Source: Octopus bimaculoides
Lineage: Eukaryota
Direction of reading: 5' to 3'
NCBI RefSeq assembly: GCF_001194135.2
Contig: NC_068987.1
Span: 28,222,466-28,286,465 of the forward strand
Length of the DNA: 64,000 nt
Shown: piece after piece, positions 1 through 12,420 of the stretch
Layout: each line of letters starts with the position of its first letter
Numbering within the stretch: the first letter of the stretch is position 1
Notes under the pieces: generated by a model
The model's input: the letters and a program-made list of their open reading frames with translations, nothing else
Databases searched by the model: none
What the model was told of the DNA's origin: nothing
Made by a program: the position numbers and the translations under genes

Positions 1-185
1 ATGTTTCTCAGGCATTTATATAGCATTTAGAATGTGCATAATTTATTCTGTTAAAATTGTGCTCTTCATATATATTCATAAAAAAACATTGCTCTTTAAT
101 TCGGAATAACTTTCAATACTTACGTACATACGTATATTGATGCATATATAAATGCATGCATAGACAGAAATATAATACATAATAA

Positions 186-378
186 GCGCTAGAGTGGTTT
201 CCTTTCTAACTACATGGTTCCGGGTTAAGTCCCTACAAAGTGGAACCTTGGCAAGTGTCTTCTACTATAGCCTGGGGCCGACCAAAACCTTGTGACTGGA
301 TTTGGTAGACGGAGACTGAAAGCAGCCCGTCGTTTATATATATACACACACACACACACACGCACACACACACACAGA
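186..378 (+). mobile_element. tRNA-derived SINE family A, 5' head plus central (TA)/(CA) microsatellite
   Basis: A-box-like AGTGGT and B-box-like GGTTAAGTCC, then body CCTTGGCAAGTGTCTTCTACTATAGCC...GACGGAGACTGAAAGCAGCCCGTCGT. Homologous heads occur at 3080-3233(-), 20213-20358(-), 43345-43505(+) and about 54090-54230(-). Confidence 0.8.
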
Positions 379-859
379 GGGAGAGGAGAGTATTGTAGTT
401 CGCTTGAAGCATTGTGTATTGTTTGTAAAGAATAAAAAGATTTGAATAGTACAACAATGCACTATAATTCAAACAATGGATATATACCTGTTGTAATTTA
501 GTCATCCATAGTTTGATGTTATTTCGGGATAAAATTCCTTATTCAGATATTCTTAGATGGAGTTGCTGCTATAATCGGTTTTCCAACGGCTTTTCTTTTT
601 TTGGAAGCGTCTTAGCAATGGTCTCACGAAGCTCCTTCTGGAATTCCTCATGAGAAGTACGTGAGGTCGGCAATGTCTCAATCGTGTATGTGTTGGTACA
701 TTTGTAGCGCAGCTTCTAAGTTATGTATTATACGTACACCTTCCTTTTCTTCTCTTCTTTTCTTTCTCTTTTTTTTTTTTTTTTTGCTATAAGCAATAGA
801 TGAGCATATCAAAAATGAACTTACACGCATCCAGATGTAGCTAAATAATATATTGATTA

Positions 860-1125
860 CCAGCCTCCAGCCTGTTGTTAATTTGGGGTCGTAGTGTGTG
901 TATGAGTAGAATTTCCTTAATTCTTAAGTTATCCAAATTTCTTTCATTGGCCTCAATTCTGACTGTTATGCTTTGGTCGGTGTTCCGGCATCTGTCAACG
1001 TTTTCAAAAAGGAAGAGGCTCTCGTGTTCAGATGTTATTTGATGCGGATATGTAACGGTCTTGTTTTGCTACCCACATAGAACTTGTTGCATTTGTTACA
1101 TAGTATTCTATACACAACAGTTACC
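860..1125 (-). mobile_element. Penelope-like element fragment, GIY-YIG endonuclease C-terminus (decayed)
   Basis: Minus strand reads VVYRILCNKCNKFYVGSKTRPLHIRIK*H, then after a frameshift VDRC...EANERNLDNLRIKEILLIHTLRPQINNR. This matches the PLE pattern VYxIxCxxCxxxYxGxTxRxLxxRIKEH...LxIxExLxIxxxxPxxN. The 390-860 segment may belong to the same insertion. Confidence 0.8.
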
Positions 1126-1216
1126 CGAAATATCATCAGACTATGGATGACTAAATTACAACACGTATATAGTTTATTGTTTGTATTATAATGCATTGTT
1201 ATACCATTCAAAACTT

Positions 1217-1261
<45 letters not shown>

Positions 1262-1262
<1 letters not shown>

Positions 1263-1460
1263 GTGTGTGTGTTTGTACACTCACCAACGCTGGACCACTG
1301 ATGTTGGTATGTTTACGTCCCCCTAACTTAGCAGTTCGACAAACAGACCGATAGAATTAGTACTTGGCTTACGACGATTAAGTCTGGGGGTCGATTCGTT
1401 TGACTAAAGGCGGTGCTCCAGCATGGCCGCAGTCAAATGACTGAAATAAGTAAGAGAGAA
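1262..1460 (+). mobile_element. SINE family A, 3' half
   Basis: Contains GTTTACGTCCCCCTAACTTAGCAGTTCG...AAGGCGGTGCTCCAGCATGGCCGCAGTC..TGACTGAAA. The same block occurs at 2735-2940(-), 19255-19465(-), 44030-44255(+) and 53870-54060(-). Confidence 0.8.
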
Positions 1461-1640
1461 TATGTACCTTTATATATATATATATATATAAGTCAGTAAA
1501 TAGTGGGGTTGTGTTAACCGCACGTGGAGAAATAATAGGAAAATGAAAAAAAGCCAGAATGCTGAACTGGGAGCATAATTTAATAAAGTATTTATTAAAT
1601 TATGCTCCCACTTCAGCATTCTGGCTTTTTTTCATTTTCC

Positions 1641-1672
<32 letters not shown>

Positions 1673-1676
1673 AAGT

Positions 1677-1731
<55 letters not shown>

Positions 1732-2734
1732 CACATATGTATGCACATACATGAAGGCAGATATATTGTCAATTTTCATACATACATATACCCATATGCA
1801 TAAGCATTTATTCATGCTAACATATATGCATGCTAACATATATGTGAGTTTGTGTTTGAGAGTATATATATATATACATATAAAATCAAAAATATTTATT
1901 TATATATATATGTATCTTTGTATATATAAATGTCTATATACAGGCACATGCAATCATGTATAGAATACCAAAAAATACTAAATTTTTAGAAAGTTCTAAA
2001 ATTTGATCAATTTGTGATAAGTAAACATATGGTTGTGTATATCTTCATTTGGAAATAGTAAAAATAAGTGTTATGTTTCAATTTTAGACTATTTTTAATA
2101 ATTCAAATGTCTCTCCATAGCAGTCGTATTGTATGGCCTCACTATCATTTTTAAACTGATTTAACTAAAAAAATTTGCTGCTATTTAATCACATAGGTAC
2201 TTGAACGTTGTTTGTGTGATCTGTATATTTCTTGGCATTTGCGTTTCTCATATGATTTTGGTTCTAACAGTTTATATTTAGCCATATATCTGTTGTTGTC
2301 TCCCTCCATCAGAATCTCTCACTTTCACCCTCTGTATATATATATATATATATATAGATATACGCATATATATACATATGTCTATATATATGTACATATG
2401 TATACAAGAATATGTACGTATATGTGTACATATATATGAGTGTATTTATATATGGGTGTGTATGATGTCCGTGTGTGTTTAGATATCCTATTGTTATATA
2501 TTCAGCATGACGTTCTAAGTTTAAGTCTAATTTCTCTTAATAGTTTCAAAAGATGTTTACCACATTTTAGTTTATATTTCGTTAGTCAATGAGATATTTG
2601 GAAACAGCAATTTCCACGAAAATACATTATCAAATTCTTTCACCACATTTTTAGTTCTCGCTTTTTCGTATCCATTAGAAATAGATTAAACAATAGTATT
2701 TATCTTTTATTTTTCATTTTTATTTTCATTTTAT

Positions 2735-2945
2735 TTTTGTACTTGTTTCAATCATTAGACTGCGGCCATGCTGGGGCACCGCCTTGAAGAACTTTTATTC
2801 CAGTGGATTGTCCCCAGTACTTAACTTTTTTAAACCTGACACTTATTCTATCTGCTTCTTTTTCTGAACAGTTATGTTACAGGGACGTAAACTCACCAGC
2901 ACCGGTTGTCAAGCGATGGTGGGGAACAAACACTAACACAAAGGC

Positions 2946-2983
<38 letters not shown>

Positions 2984-3233
2984 TCTCTCTCTCTCTCCCT
3001 CCCTCTCTCTGTCTCTCTCTGTTTCTGTCTCTCTCTGTCTGTCTCTCTCTCTCTCACTCTCACACACACACATAAAATACGACAGGCTTCTTTCAGTTTG
3101 CATCTGCCAACTTCATTCACCAGGCTTTGGTTGATCCAGGCCTATAGGAAAAGAGACTTGTCCAAGGTGCCAAGAAATGGGACTGAACCCCGGAACCATG
3201 TTGTTAGGAAACAAACTTTTTACCGCAAAACCG
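2735..3233 (-). mobile_element. SINE family A, full-length copy with expanded central (CA)/(CT) microsatellite
   Basis: Reverse complement carries the head (3080-3233), the microsatellite (2945-3075) and the tail (2735-2940) in the expected order. Confidence 0.85.
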
Positions 3234-4325
3234 TAAGTTCAAATCCTATCAACTTGGGTTGTATAGATTGTGGGGTGTCAATGAAATACGTAGCTGTGCA
3301 ATACTAGTGTGTCAATTACATTCACATAGTTAGTCCCAAGAAAATGCATAGCTTTATGCCTTAGAAAGTTTCATCGATATAGATTGTTGATACCGACATG
3401 ATGCTCCAATTTTGAGGAATGTATTGGTTGTGGTCAATTAGATTCATCTAAATATTCAAGTTGCATCAACGTTATCGATCCGCGAAGATATTAAATGACG
3501 ACTTCGGCAGATTAATAATCTTTTGTGTTTGCTGCGAAGAGTATCTTGCATTTCAACCAGGTTGTACATGTGCACCTAACCTTTAATAAATCTGTTTTCC
3601 ATTAAGGGTGAAGAATCGACCTACTCCGAAAGATAATCCAATGAACTAACATTATGAGTGTATGTAATCCAGGGTTTAAGATAATCCCAAAATTTAGTTT
3701 AATATCAACTGTATTGAACCAATAATTCATATTCACTCACAAATAACTTTCGATTTCTATGTCTGAATGATATGAGCTTTAGTCTGCTATAGAGTAAGAC
3801 CAAGGCATACGTTCATTACACGAGTTAGCTTCTCTGTTTTTAGGCTTATACTTTCTATTCATATAGTTTTCTCACTAGTTCTCTGAAATCGGTTAAAATC
3901 CTTTTATTCTGAATACGTCGAACTAGCTACTAAACAGAAAACAGTTCCTGATTAAACAACGAACTAGTTCTTCCGTGCTGTGAATGGATTTCGATCATTT
4001 GGAACTCATTTTAATAGAATTGTATACCGTTTATCTTACGAATAATGAACTGCATTATATTCAGAGAGGAGCTCAGTCATTTAGACCTTAACAATTTGGA
4101 ACGATCATCAACGTTCTGCGCCTTGTTCTTCTACTTTGTTCAACTTATAAAGATAGAAGATACTCGTCATACATCGAGTATCTTTTTAAATCTCAGTTCA
4201 CGTGATTTTAGCTCAATTCATAGCACTGTCCTATATATTTGAAAAATACCTTACTGTATAACTCGACAGAAAAAAAAAATTAATCATTTGTATTCAGAGA
4301 ACAGTAACGATACACATTGTATGCA

Positions 4326-4372
<47 letters not shown>

Positions 4373-5133
4373 ATAATTATTATTATTATTATTATTATTA
4401 ATAATATTATCGTTGTTGTTGTTCTTCTTCTTATTGTTATTAAATTAGGCAGCGATTTAGCAATGTATCACCCCCCCCTCCAAAAAATATTATAATTGAC
4501 ATTAAACATGACTGAGGTTGTTAGAACACCTACAATGCTAGGAATAAGAGCTAAAGCGTTATATGCATGTATATATAATATAAATTGAATGACTATATTT
4601 AAGATTATATATTTGCAGAATTTCAAAAGCAATTTCAGTGATGTATTTACGATAGGTAATATGCATATCGCAGAGGTAAAAGTGTTTTCAAGAAAGAGGT
4701 GTCGTTCGCCTTTCGTAAAATCCGAATCCAACTTTATCGACAAGCTGGCAGCGTAGACTACCATTCCTTTCCAGGTGTAACTTCCAACTTGTTTTATAGC
4801 GAAGCTATATTTCTATAGTGAGCTCTGCCCATTTCTAAGCTTAAAGTCAGCAAGACCTCAAGTCACGGAAATACTCAGCATATCCACAGTACTGCAAGCC
4901 TTTAGCATTAGCATTGAATTGTACCATTCGTCAGACATAATTAACACCTTGTAGACTCGGCTGAGTTATAACAAATATCTTGGTCATAGATACGATAGAG
5001 AATTAGTAACTGGTTACTAAAAAATGATGTATATGATGCCAATCTGATACGTCATTTCGATCAATGCCACGCCGAATAAGAATATAACTAAGGAAAGATT
5101 AGTGAGAAAATTAATTCAAACATTTCGACATCA

Positions 5134-6149
5134 GATTACTGAAACCGCTACTACTTCCGTAGGAGGTCTTGCTTTACTGTAAGAAATCTTCGGTTTACAT
5201 GACGGTTTGGAAATAACTGACATTACAGCGATGTAAGTCTATTTCTTAATGTTGAGGAATAATTAATCGCAACTGAAAATTACTTTAGGAAAAATCCTTT
5301 ATCCCTGATAATGCGATGATATGCCAATTCAGACAAATATCCAACAATACCACGGCCTTTCTCTTTATATGCTAGAACATCATGAGTTCAAACTAGTACA
5401 TCCCACAGTTGTATATAATATAGCTTTTGAGAAAAGTTTGTTTGTTTACTCTTCCAAGATTCACTTGTTAGTAAACATAGCAATACCGGTGGGCTCTACT
5501 GCCATATAACTATTGGCGATTCTTCAGTAGCATCAATACAGCTAATGATATAAAGATTAAACTTATGGTTCTTCGGTGGTTTTATCTTGTCTTTGAAGAT
5601 TTTCAGTCTTTTTATGTTCCTTCAATTGAAGAAATCACTTTATGAACTTCTTAGTTATATCCTTTAAACGTTTGAAATATTTGGTTTCTATTCTAATTAT
5701 TTTTGGTTAAAATATCATTTGCTAAAAAATCTCGTAATACAATTATAATCCCTTTGAAGTAATTCTGTTAAAATATAATGCTTTTTTTATGCCATCCAGA
5801 TGGAGAGTTTCCACTGCCTACTTATAACAATTACAGAAAACGATCAAGAATTATGGGAGGTACATTTTATTATTGGTTTTATATGGGGATGTTTTAATAT
5901 ATTTTTATCTTCGTATTGATATATAGTTTTCTTTTTCTACTGAATTCTCATTTGAATATACGTCACTTTGGTCTTTTCATTTATTCTGGTTCTTGTAAAT
6001 AAATCAGTTGTGCTATAGCCTAAATAATACTGTAGACCTGCCACAACTCATGTATAATCCTCATTGTAAAGAACGTTCCATCCTTCTAAATACTGTGCCT
6101 TTGTATGTCATTTATTCAGTTATTCAGCCTCACCATTGTCAATGACTTT
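5134..6149 (-). pseudogene. Possible highly degraded NACHT/STAND NTPase (NLR-like) relic
   Basis: Motif-like blocks are colinear, and four lie in one frame: KVIDNGEAE* (P-loop-like, 6120-6149), SVIVISRQWKL (sensor-1-like, 5805-5837), SPPVLLCLL (about 5470-5495) and LSELAYH (5316-5336). After a frameshift come KVIFSCD*L and ISYS...TEVVAVSVI (winged-helix-like, 5134-5187). There are many stops and the GK[ST] and Walker B residues are lost. Confidence 0.4.
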
Positions 6150-6346
6150 TAAGCTTCGACATGTATGCATTTATTTGAGACCATTTCAGGCCGTTTATTA
6201 TTTTGAGGATACAACGCTGTATCTATATGGCCAAGCTCTGTCATTTCTTAATGAGAACAAAGAATAATGTCAGCTTCTGTAATATTACACACACACAAAT
6301 ATATATCTGTTTCTTTATGTATACGTAGTACACACACACAGGGGAG

Positions 6347-6377
<31 letters not shown>

Positions 6378-9300
6378 TGTGTGTGTGTGTGTGTGTGTGT
6401 TTTCATGACACTCATCTCTCCATTACCCAGTCTATCAATCAAGTTCAAAGTATCTGCTTGCATGAATGTATTTCAGATCATGTACAGTAACATTATGATC
6501 CAAATTATTATTCTGAAGTAGGTGGTTTTCTTCAGCTAAAGAACATATGTAACCTCAATCCTCATTCAATATGTTTTTAGTAAATTGTTTACTTGCTTGT
6601 TAGTTTACTCGGATTATTTCATAGAATGTTGCTGGTTCCTAATATTTTATAATAATTAACCACTAGAAGCAAATGACTAATAAACATTTCTATTTTTCCG
6701 ATTTCTCTATACGTTTGTGATAATGTTTAATTCATAAGTGGAAGGAAATGAAAGATATTCGTANNNNNNNNNNNNNNNNNNNNNNNNTATCAATCAGTAA
6801 ATATAACTCTTCTTCGGCTATATTACAGGGTTTCAATTTCAATAGTCTTTGAGTGTTTTGTAAACGTTGCTTACTATATTATTAATTTCGTGGCCTATTG
6901 TACCAGATGTATTATGCTATCAGAGGTTTTGTAGTTATACGTGATAATGTTTAATTCATTTGAGGAAAAAATGAGAATATAAATTATTTGGCTAACATCC
7001 ATTTATGCAAATACATAACTGTAAATATAATTCTTCTATCTGGTCTATTTGGCAATGCTTTTAATTTCAAGTATTATGGGTGTGCTTTGTAATTGTGCAT
7101 TATTATACTATTAATTCCATAGCCTTGTTTCTTCTGATATCTGCTGTCAGAGAAGTTTTCATAGATTTCTCTGCAAAAGTTGCTAATCTATGGTTATAGG
7201 GTGGAATGTTAATACTTCTTTTCATTAATTTTAGTTCCATTATTATGATATTTGTATCAATATTTTGTCCTGAAAATGTTTGATGTTATAACACTTTGTG
7301 TAAATTATTGCGAACTAAAAATACATCAGAATTGGTCGGACAATTTATCTGCTCAACAGGTGGTTGAAAAAAATTCATACATTCTCTTACACATTCTCTT
7401 TATGTAAATGGCATTAACTTTGGAATGTCTAAGCATCAGAAAACAAACTAAAACACTACGAAGACCTCAGAGAATTGTGTTTTTTTCTTGTTTTCTCTTT
7501 TTTGGATGAAGTTAATATGAAATTGCTATTATGAAATTATCTACTGATACGGTAATTACTATCACAGACAACATTTTGGAGCATACAGCTACTATTTGAG
7601 CATACAATGGGAAGAATTATCTTACTACTAACACCAATGCAACTGCACAATTATTAGTATTTTGCGTATGTTTGTTATACATTGATCATTCACGACAGCG
7701 TACGAATGTTTTATAGGGAAGTAATTCGCAAGCAAAGTGAAATTTTGTAGAATTTCACAGGTTAAAATATCATATTGATTCACAGAATAACAACCCTCAT
7801 ACCTGAAGAACAATTCTGAGAGGTAAATACAAAGAACATGTCGCAATTCAGAATGTATAAATTGAACTGAGATTCTTTGTATCTCTTCCAGATTATTGCG
7901 TAACTCAACATTTATTTCTTTAATGTTCCCAAAATGCAAATGCTTATCCTAGTAGTAGTCGAATATGACCATCAGAATCTCTTAGATTTTCTTGAATCAG
8001 AAGGTTCTTTAAGATTCTTCCGTAGGACGAATTTCTTTTCATTTTAGTTTAACAGCTTAGTTAGGAAGAAAGAGCGCGACCTAAATATTGTGTTTCTTGA
8101 AAACGTTCCATGCGTTGTAGTTATTTAATCGTAGGTCTATCTTGACCAAGTGTTTAGGTAACTCGTTAAACGACTTTGCGCATTTTTAAGATGCGTTAGT
8201 TCAGATATATCATGCCTCTGTACATTTGAATACCATACCATACACTTCTACATGATGCTATTGTAAAATCACAATGATCAGATATAGTGAAAAGCCACCC
8301 AAATATATCTACAGCGTACTCTTTTAAACATAGTATATCTAAGATTTCACTATGCTGCGTATTATTGATAAAAATTTGGTTGTTAATTTCAGGCTGCTTT
8401 GTGAGCCTGAAAAGGATTTTGTTGGCTCATACAATTTCATTGAATATATTTTCCTACATATTCCTTAAAGTTTTCTTAGACTTATATATTTATTCTAAGC
8501 TATCAACATTTTTTCAAGGTTATTAGCATCACGCCGCAAACTTTATAGGAATTAGCAGGCAAAAAGATGATGAAAAATTTTTAAAAACTTAAACATTATA
8601 TACTTTATGGCTTCCTTTTAAGGAATAAATAGAGTATGAGAACAATGTTTTGGGCATTTGTACTTGGACAGGAAAGAAAGGAGAAAAGAGAAAAATTACA
8701 ATTGAGTAAACATAAAAGGTGTGTTTTCGCTGATAGCGCACATCACAGGAAAAAAAGGGATGAACGAAAGGGAGGTAAGTATTGACAGATGCGAGAAAGG
8801 GATTATGAAATACGTGAGGTGTGAACGAATAGGAATGTAGGTATAGTTTATTGTTTGTATGTTTATGCGTGCATAGTGATTGTAGTATGTATGACTGCGA
8901 AGCATTATTTTTTCTTACGGCATCAATAATGTTTTTGCCCCTCGTATTGCTGGTACTGTAGTTTCAGAATGTGTAGGGTATAGGAGCATGCCTGTAAAGG
9001 ACGGAAGTCGATGTAAACTAAGTAGGAACATACGAGAGACGGTGATTTGCGAGTAGGTATTGTGTGTGCGTTGCGTATGTATCTACTGTGTGCGTATATG
9101 ACTAATGATAATTTACTGACGGCATGTATATGTGTGAGTCGCTAAAGAAAAGTTACACTATTATTAATAATATGTTTCTCTGTGGCACGAAGACAGACAA
9201 TAGGCCTCTGTTTGCTTTGTAGCCATCACTATCCTAATCACACATCTTTTCAGAAAACGCTTGCAACACATTTCTTGCCTCAAACCCATGGATACTAAGT

Positions 9301-9419
9301 CTCTGTGGATATTAAATCAGTTCTTTGCACACCGGTCACCATTGTCTCAAGTACTCCTTCACCTGTTGCCCCACTTTGATGGTCTGCACTTTCACTTGGC
9401 TCGCCTAGTCAAGGAATGA

Positions 9420-10200
9420 GTGAGAAGCGATTGCTAAAAAGAGAGGTGGAGATGGTGTGGTGGTGGGAGTGAAAATGAAAATATCTAGAAAGTTCATAGA
9501 TGTGCTTGACATGGCGGAGATAAGGTAACAATGACTTTTAAGGAGAATGGTGTAAAGTGGCGGTGAGCGTGATTATTGTTCTTGACGGGAAAAAGAAAAT
9601 GATGAAACCAAGGAAGACAGGGGTTAGATAGGGCACTCAGAGATGAGTTTCACGGTACAGTTTCACAGTAGCATTATCGCGGGGAGTGCTGCTATGTGTG
9701 TAGCTTTCGGTTGGAGAGTAGTGTGTGTGGACTATTAGTGGGGAAAAAGTTCAGAGTGGTTGTTTTAGAGTATGTTGTGGGCAGGAATTCTTCGTAGTGG
9801 AGTTAAGTCGGTATGTTATTTACGAGAGAAAAGAGAGTTGAAATGTTACCGAAACATTTTAATTTGGAGAGTTCAAACTTCTATTGTTGGGCTTAAACAT
9901 CAAATCTGTTCCTATACTGGAGGTAGCGAAGTGTAAAGTTCGAAACGGGATCCTCTGAGGTGAGCAGTTGAACCTGGTTTTTACAGAAACTGTACTGTTT
10001 AATTAAATAAAAGGGAACTAGTCAAGGGATTTGAATTGATTTGGGTCAGGTTTATAATTGTGTGAACATCAAGTAGGTTAGTCAAAGCAGTTTGAATTGT
10101 AGATTACAGGTAAATTTTTGTCAGTGTCCCAAATTGCTCATGATATGAAACACATCGCTAGATGGAGTACAGCCGTGAATCGGAGGCCGCCCTACTATTT
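9420..10200 (-). mobile_element. CR1/L2-type LINE, 3' end fragment (old)
   Basis: 9965-10035 is roughly 75% identical to 10895-10970 of the neighbouring RT-bearing LINE. The minus strand has decayed C-terminal ORF2-like stretches such as RPPI..C and R*HFNSLFSR. Confidence 0.5.
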
Positions 10201-10563
10201 TTGATATTAACTGCTAGCACTTGAAATAATTCCAATCTCTGCAAGATAATGGGGAAATCGTAGCACATTATAAACGCTACCTTCTGCAAATTACTCTATG
10301 ATTTGAGCCATTTTCTTTCACAGGTATATTTAGTAGAAGAAATTATTTTATATATGATTAAATTTCATTCCTTATTTTGAGTTAATCTGATTCTCGAGAG
10401 GCATAATTTACAGTTTATTACCAGCAAATCAAGACTAGATGATGGAATGAAGGACAAAAAATGCTTGCTATATCATATATCACTGGAAAATACATATCTA
10501 AAATGTGACGGATGGACGTCAAAGGTTTATTGTTTCGATAGAAAATTCTCAGTCAAAAACTGA

Positions 10564-11460
10564 AATTCTTTATATGGGTTGATATGAGTAGCATTTGCGG
10601 TTGAATGAAACATGATCGGTATATTCGCATTGGTAGATGTTTTAGCAATTTCACTTCATGGAGTCATGAGAGTTTGGCATATTCTTTTCTACTTTGCTTG
10701 AGTTGAATATACTGTATTTTCTCAATTTCTTACTTAGTTTTAGTTTTGGTTTATATTTCTTAAATATATTTTCCTTATTTAATCAGTATTGGACTGAAGT
10801 GTTCTTGATACATTCATATAAAGGGAAAATAGTTTTACCAAATTTATTCTAGGCAAGGGTCCGCTTTTGCGCAGTAGAGAAGAGTTGGTCACCAGCTGAA
10901 TCTAGTTTTTACAGACCCTGTACTGTTTAGTCAAATAAAAAGGAATAAAGGGCAACGGGATTGTTGCAGTTGGAATGCTTTTGGACCGGGATAGAAAAAA
11001 ACTACAATATCCCAGTTGCAGTTCAGTATTAGCATCAACAACAACAGCTGGTCATGCTATAAAATGTGATTGATTTCTAACTTACAAACAGGCCAGAAAT
11101 ATGTTAGTTTATTGTCGTGGTGAAATTGTCATGCAGAAACGGCGTTAGAAATGTATTTTGAGATGATTGACTTCAGCTTGTTCTAAAAAGGAGGCGGTAT
11201 TCTACTTACTCCTTGGAACTTCTTGCTTTGCAATACATAATTCTATCCGGTAAAACTATTGATCCTGCCGTTTCCCATATTTGATACTAGAAACAGGCAG
11301 TATAGTATAGATTGTTCTCTGCGATCAAAATACTTTCACTGGAATTCTTTATATGGGTTGATATGAGTAGCATTTGCGGTTGAATGAAACATGATCGGTA
11401 TATTCGCATTGGTAGATGTTTTCGCAATTTCACTTCATGGAGTCATGAGAGTTTGGCATA
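10564..11460 (+). repeat. 118-bp near-perfect direct repeat (10564-10681 and 11343-11460)
   Basis: AATTCTTTATATGGGTTG...GAGAGTTTGGCATA occurs twice with one mismatch (TTTTAGC vs TTTTCGC). Confidence 0.95.
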
Positions 11461-12420
11461 GAGTCACTTGATTGCCAATAGATAATGTATCATTGAGAAA
11501 TATCTGGAGGAATAATGTGTAGTGTCATCTGCGTAAGACTGGAAGTGCTGGATATGGTAGTTAATATTTTATGTATAAAAGGAAGAGAGAGACCAAAGTA
11601 TATCCTTGGTCACGCCGACGTTATTAGAATGATTGACAAAGATCTCTCAGTTGTGCAATTTGATAGGAAGCTACCGATCTTAATGATGACAGAAGTGGAG
11701 CTCATAAGGGTGGGGCTGTTTAGATAGAAAATTCGCGTACCAGACACAGATGAAAGCTTTACTGGTATTGAGGTGACATCATTGCTTTTGCCAAAATTTC
11801 TCCGAAGCAAGAGCTACTTTTAGTGCCAGAAAAAAGTTGGTCTCTATCTGGGTATGTACTCAGGGTTATTAAAGAGAGGAAGAAATAGTAAGATTAAAAC
11901 TGTTCAGTGGCACCATTGTTAATAACTGTTTCTTTATCTAAGAGGTACTGGAAGTGATTCGATAATATGGCAATTCTTGGCAGGATAAAGGCGATTAGTT
12001 GTTTTAGGAATTGCACGCGCTGTGACGTATTTTCAAAAAGTAGGTTTCATCTCTATGCCTAGGAAGAGACTGAAGATTTTGGTATGCTATCTCTGGCAAG
12101 AAATTTTTGAGCGTAATGGCTAGGACTGGAATAGCTTTGTTAATTTGAAGTAATTGAACTTACTTTATACTTGGTATATTTGTATGGAAGTTGGTGAAAA
12201 ATGAAGGATAGAAAAGGGGTGAAATTGCGTATTTTACAAATATAAAATTTGGCTGCAACGCCAGCAGCGAAAGTAGAGACTTCTTCTGCGATACTACTGC
12301 TCAAAGAAAATTCATTGGAGAGATTAGTGAGATAACTCAATAGAGAAAAGTACTGGAATGGGAATGATTTTCGGTATAAATTTACCAGAGCGCCAGTCGT
12401 GGTATACTAGTTTGCTCGCA
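10860..12420 (-). mobile_element. CR1/L2-type LINE, reverse transcriptase region (decayed)
   Basis: The minus strand gives HFQSYADDTT (about 11515-11550, RT catalytic motif), QGYTLVSLFLLYIK (QGSxL.PxLFxxYIN-like), SKAFICVWYANFLSK (SKAFDxVWH-like) and an IPK..NR block upstream. The order is correct and there are multiple frameshifts. Confidence 0.85.
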
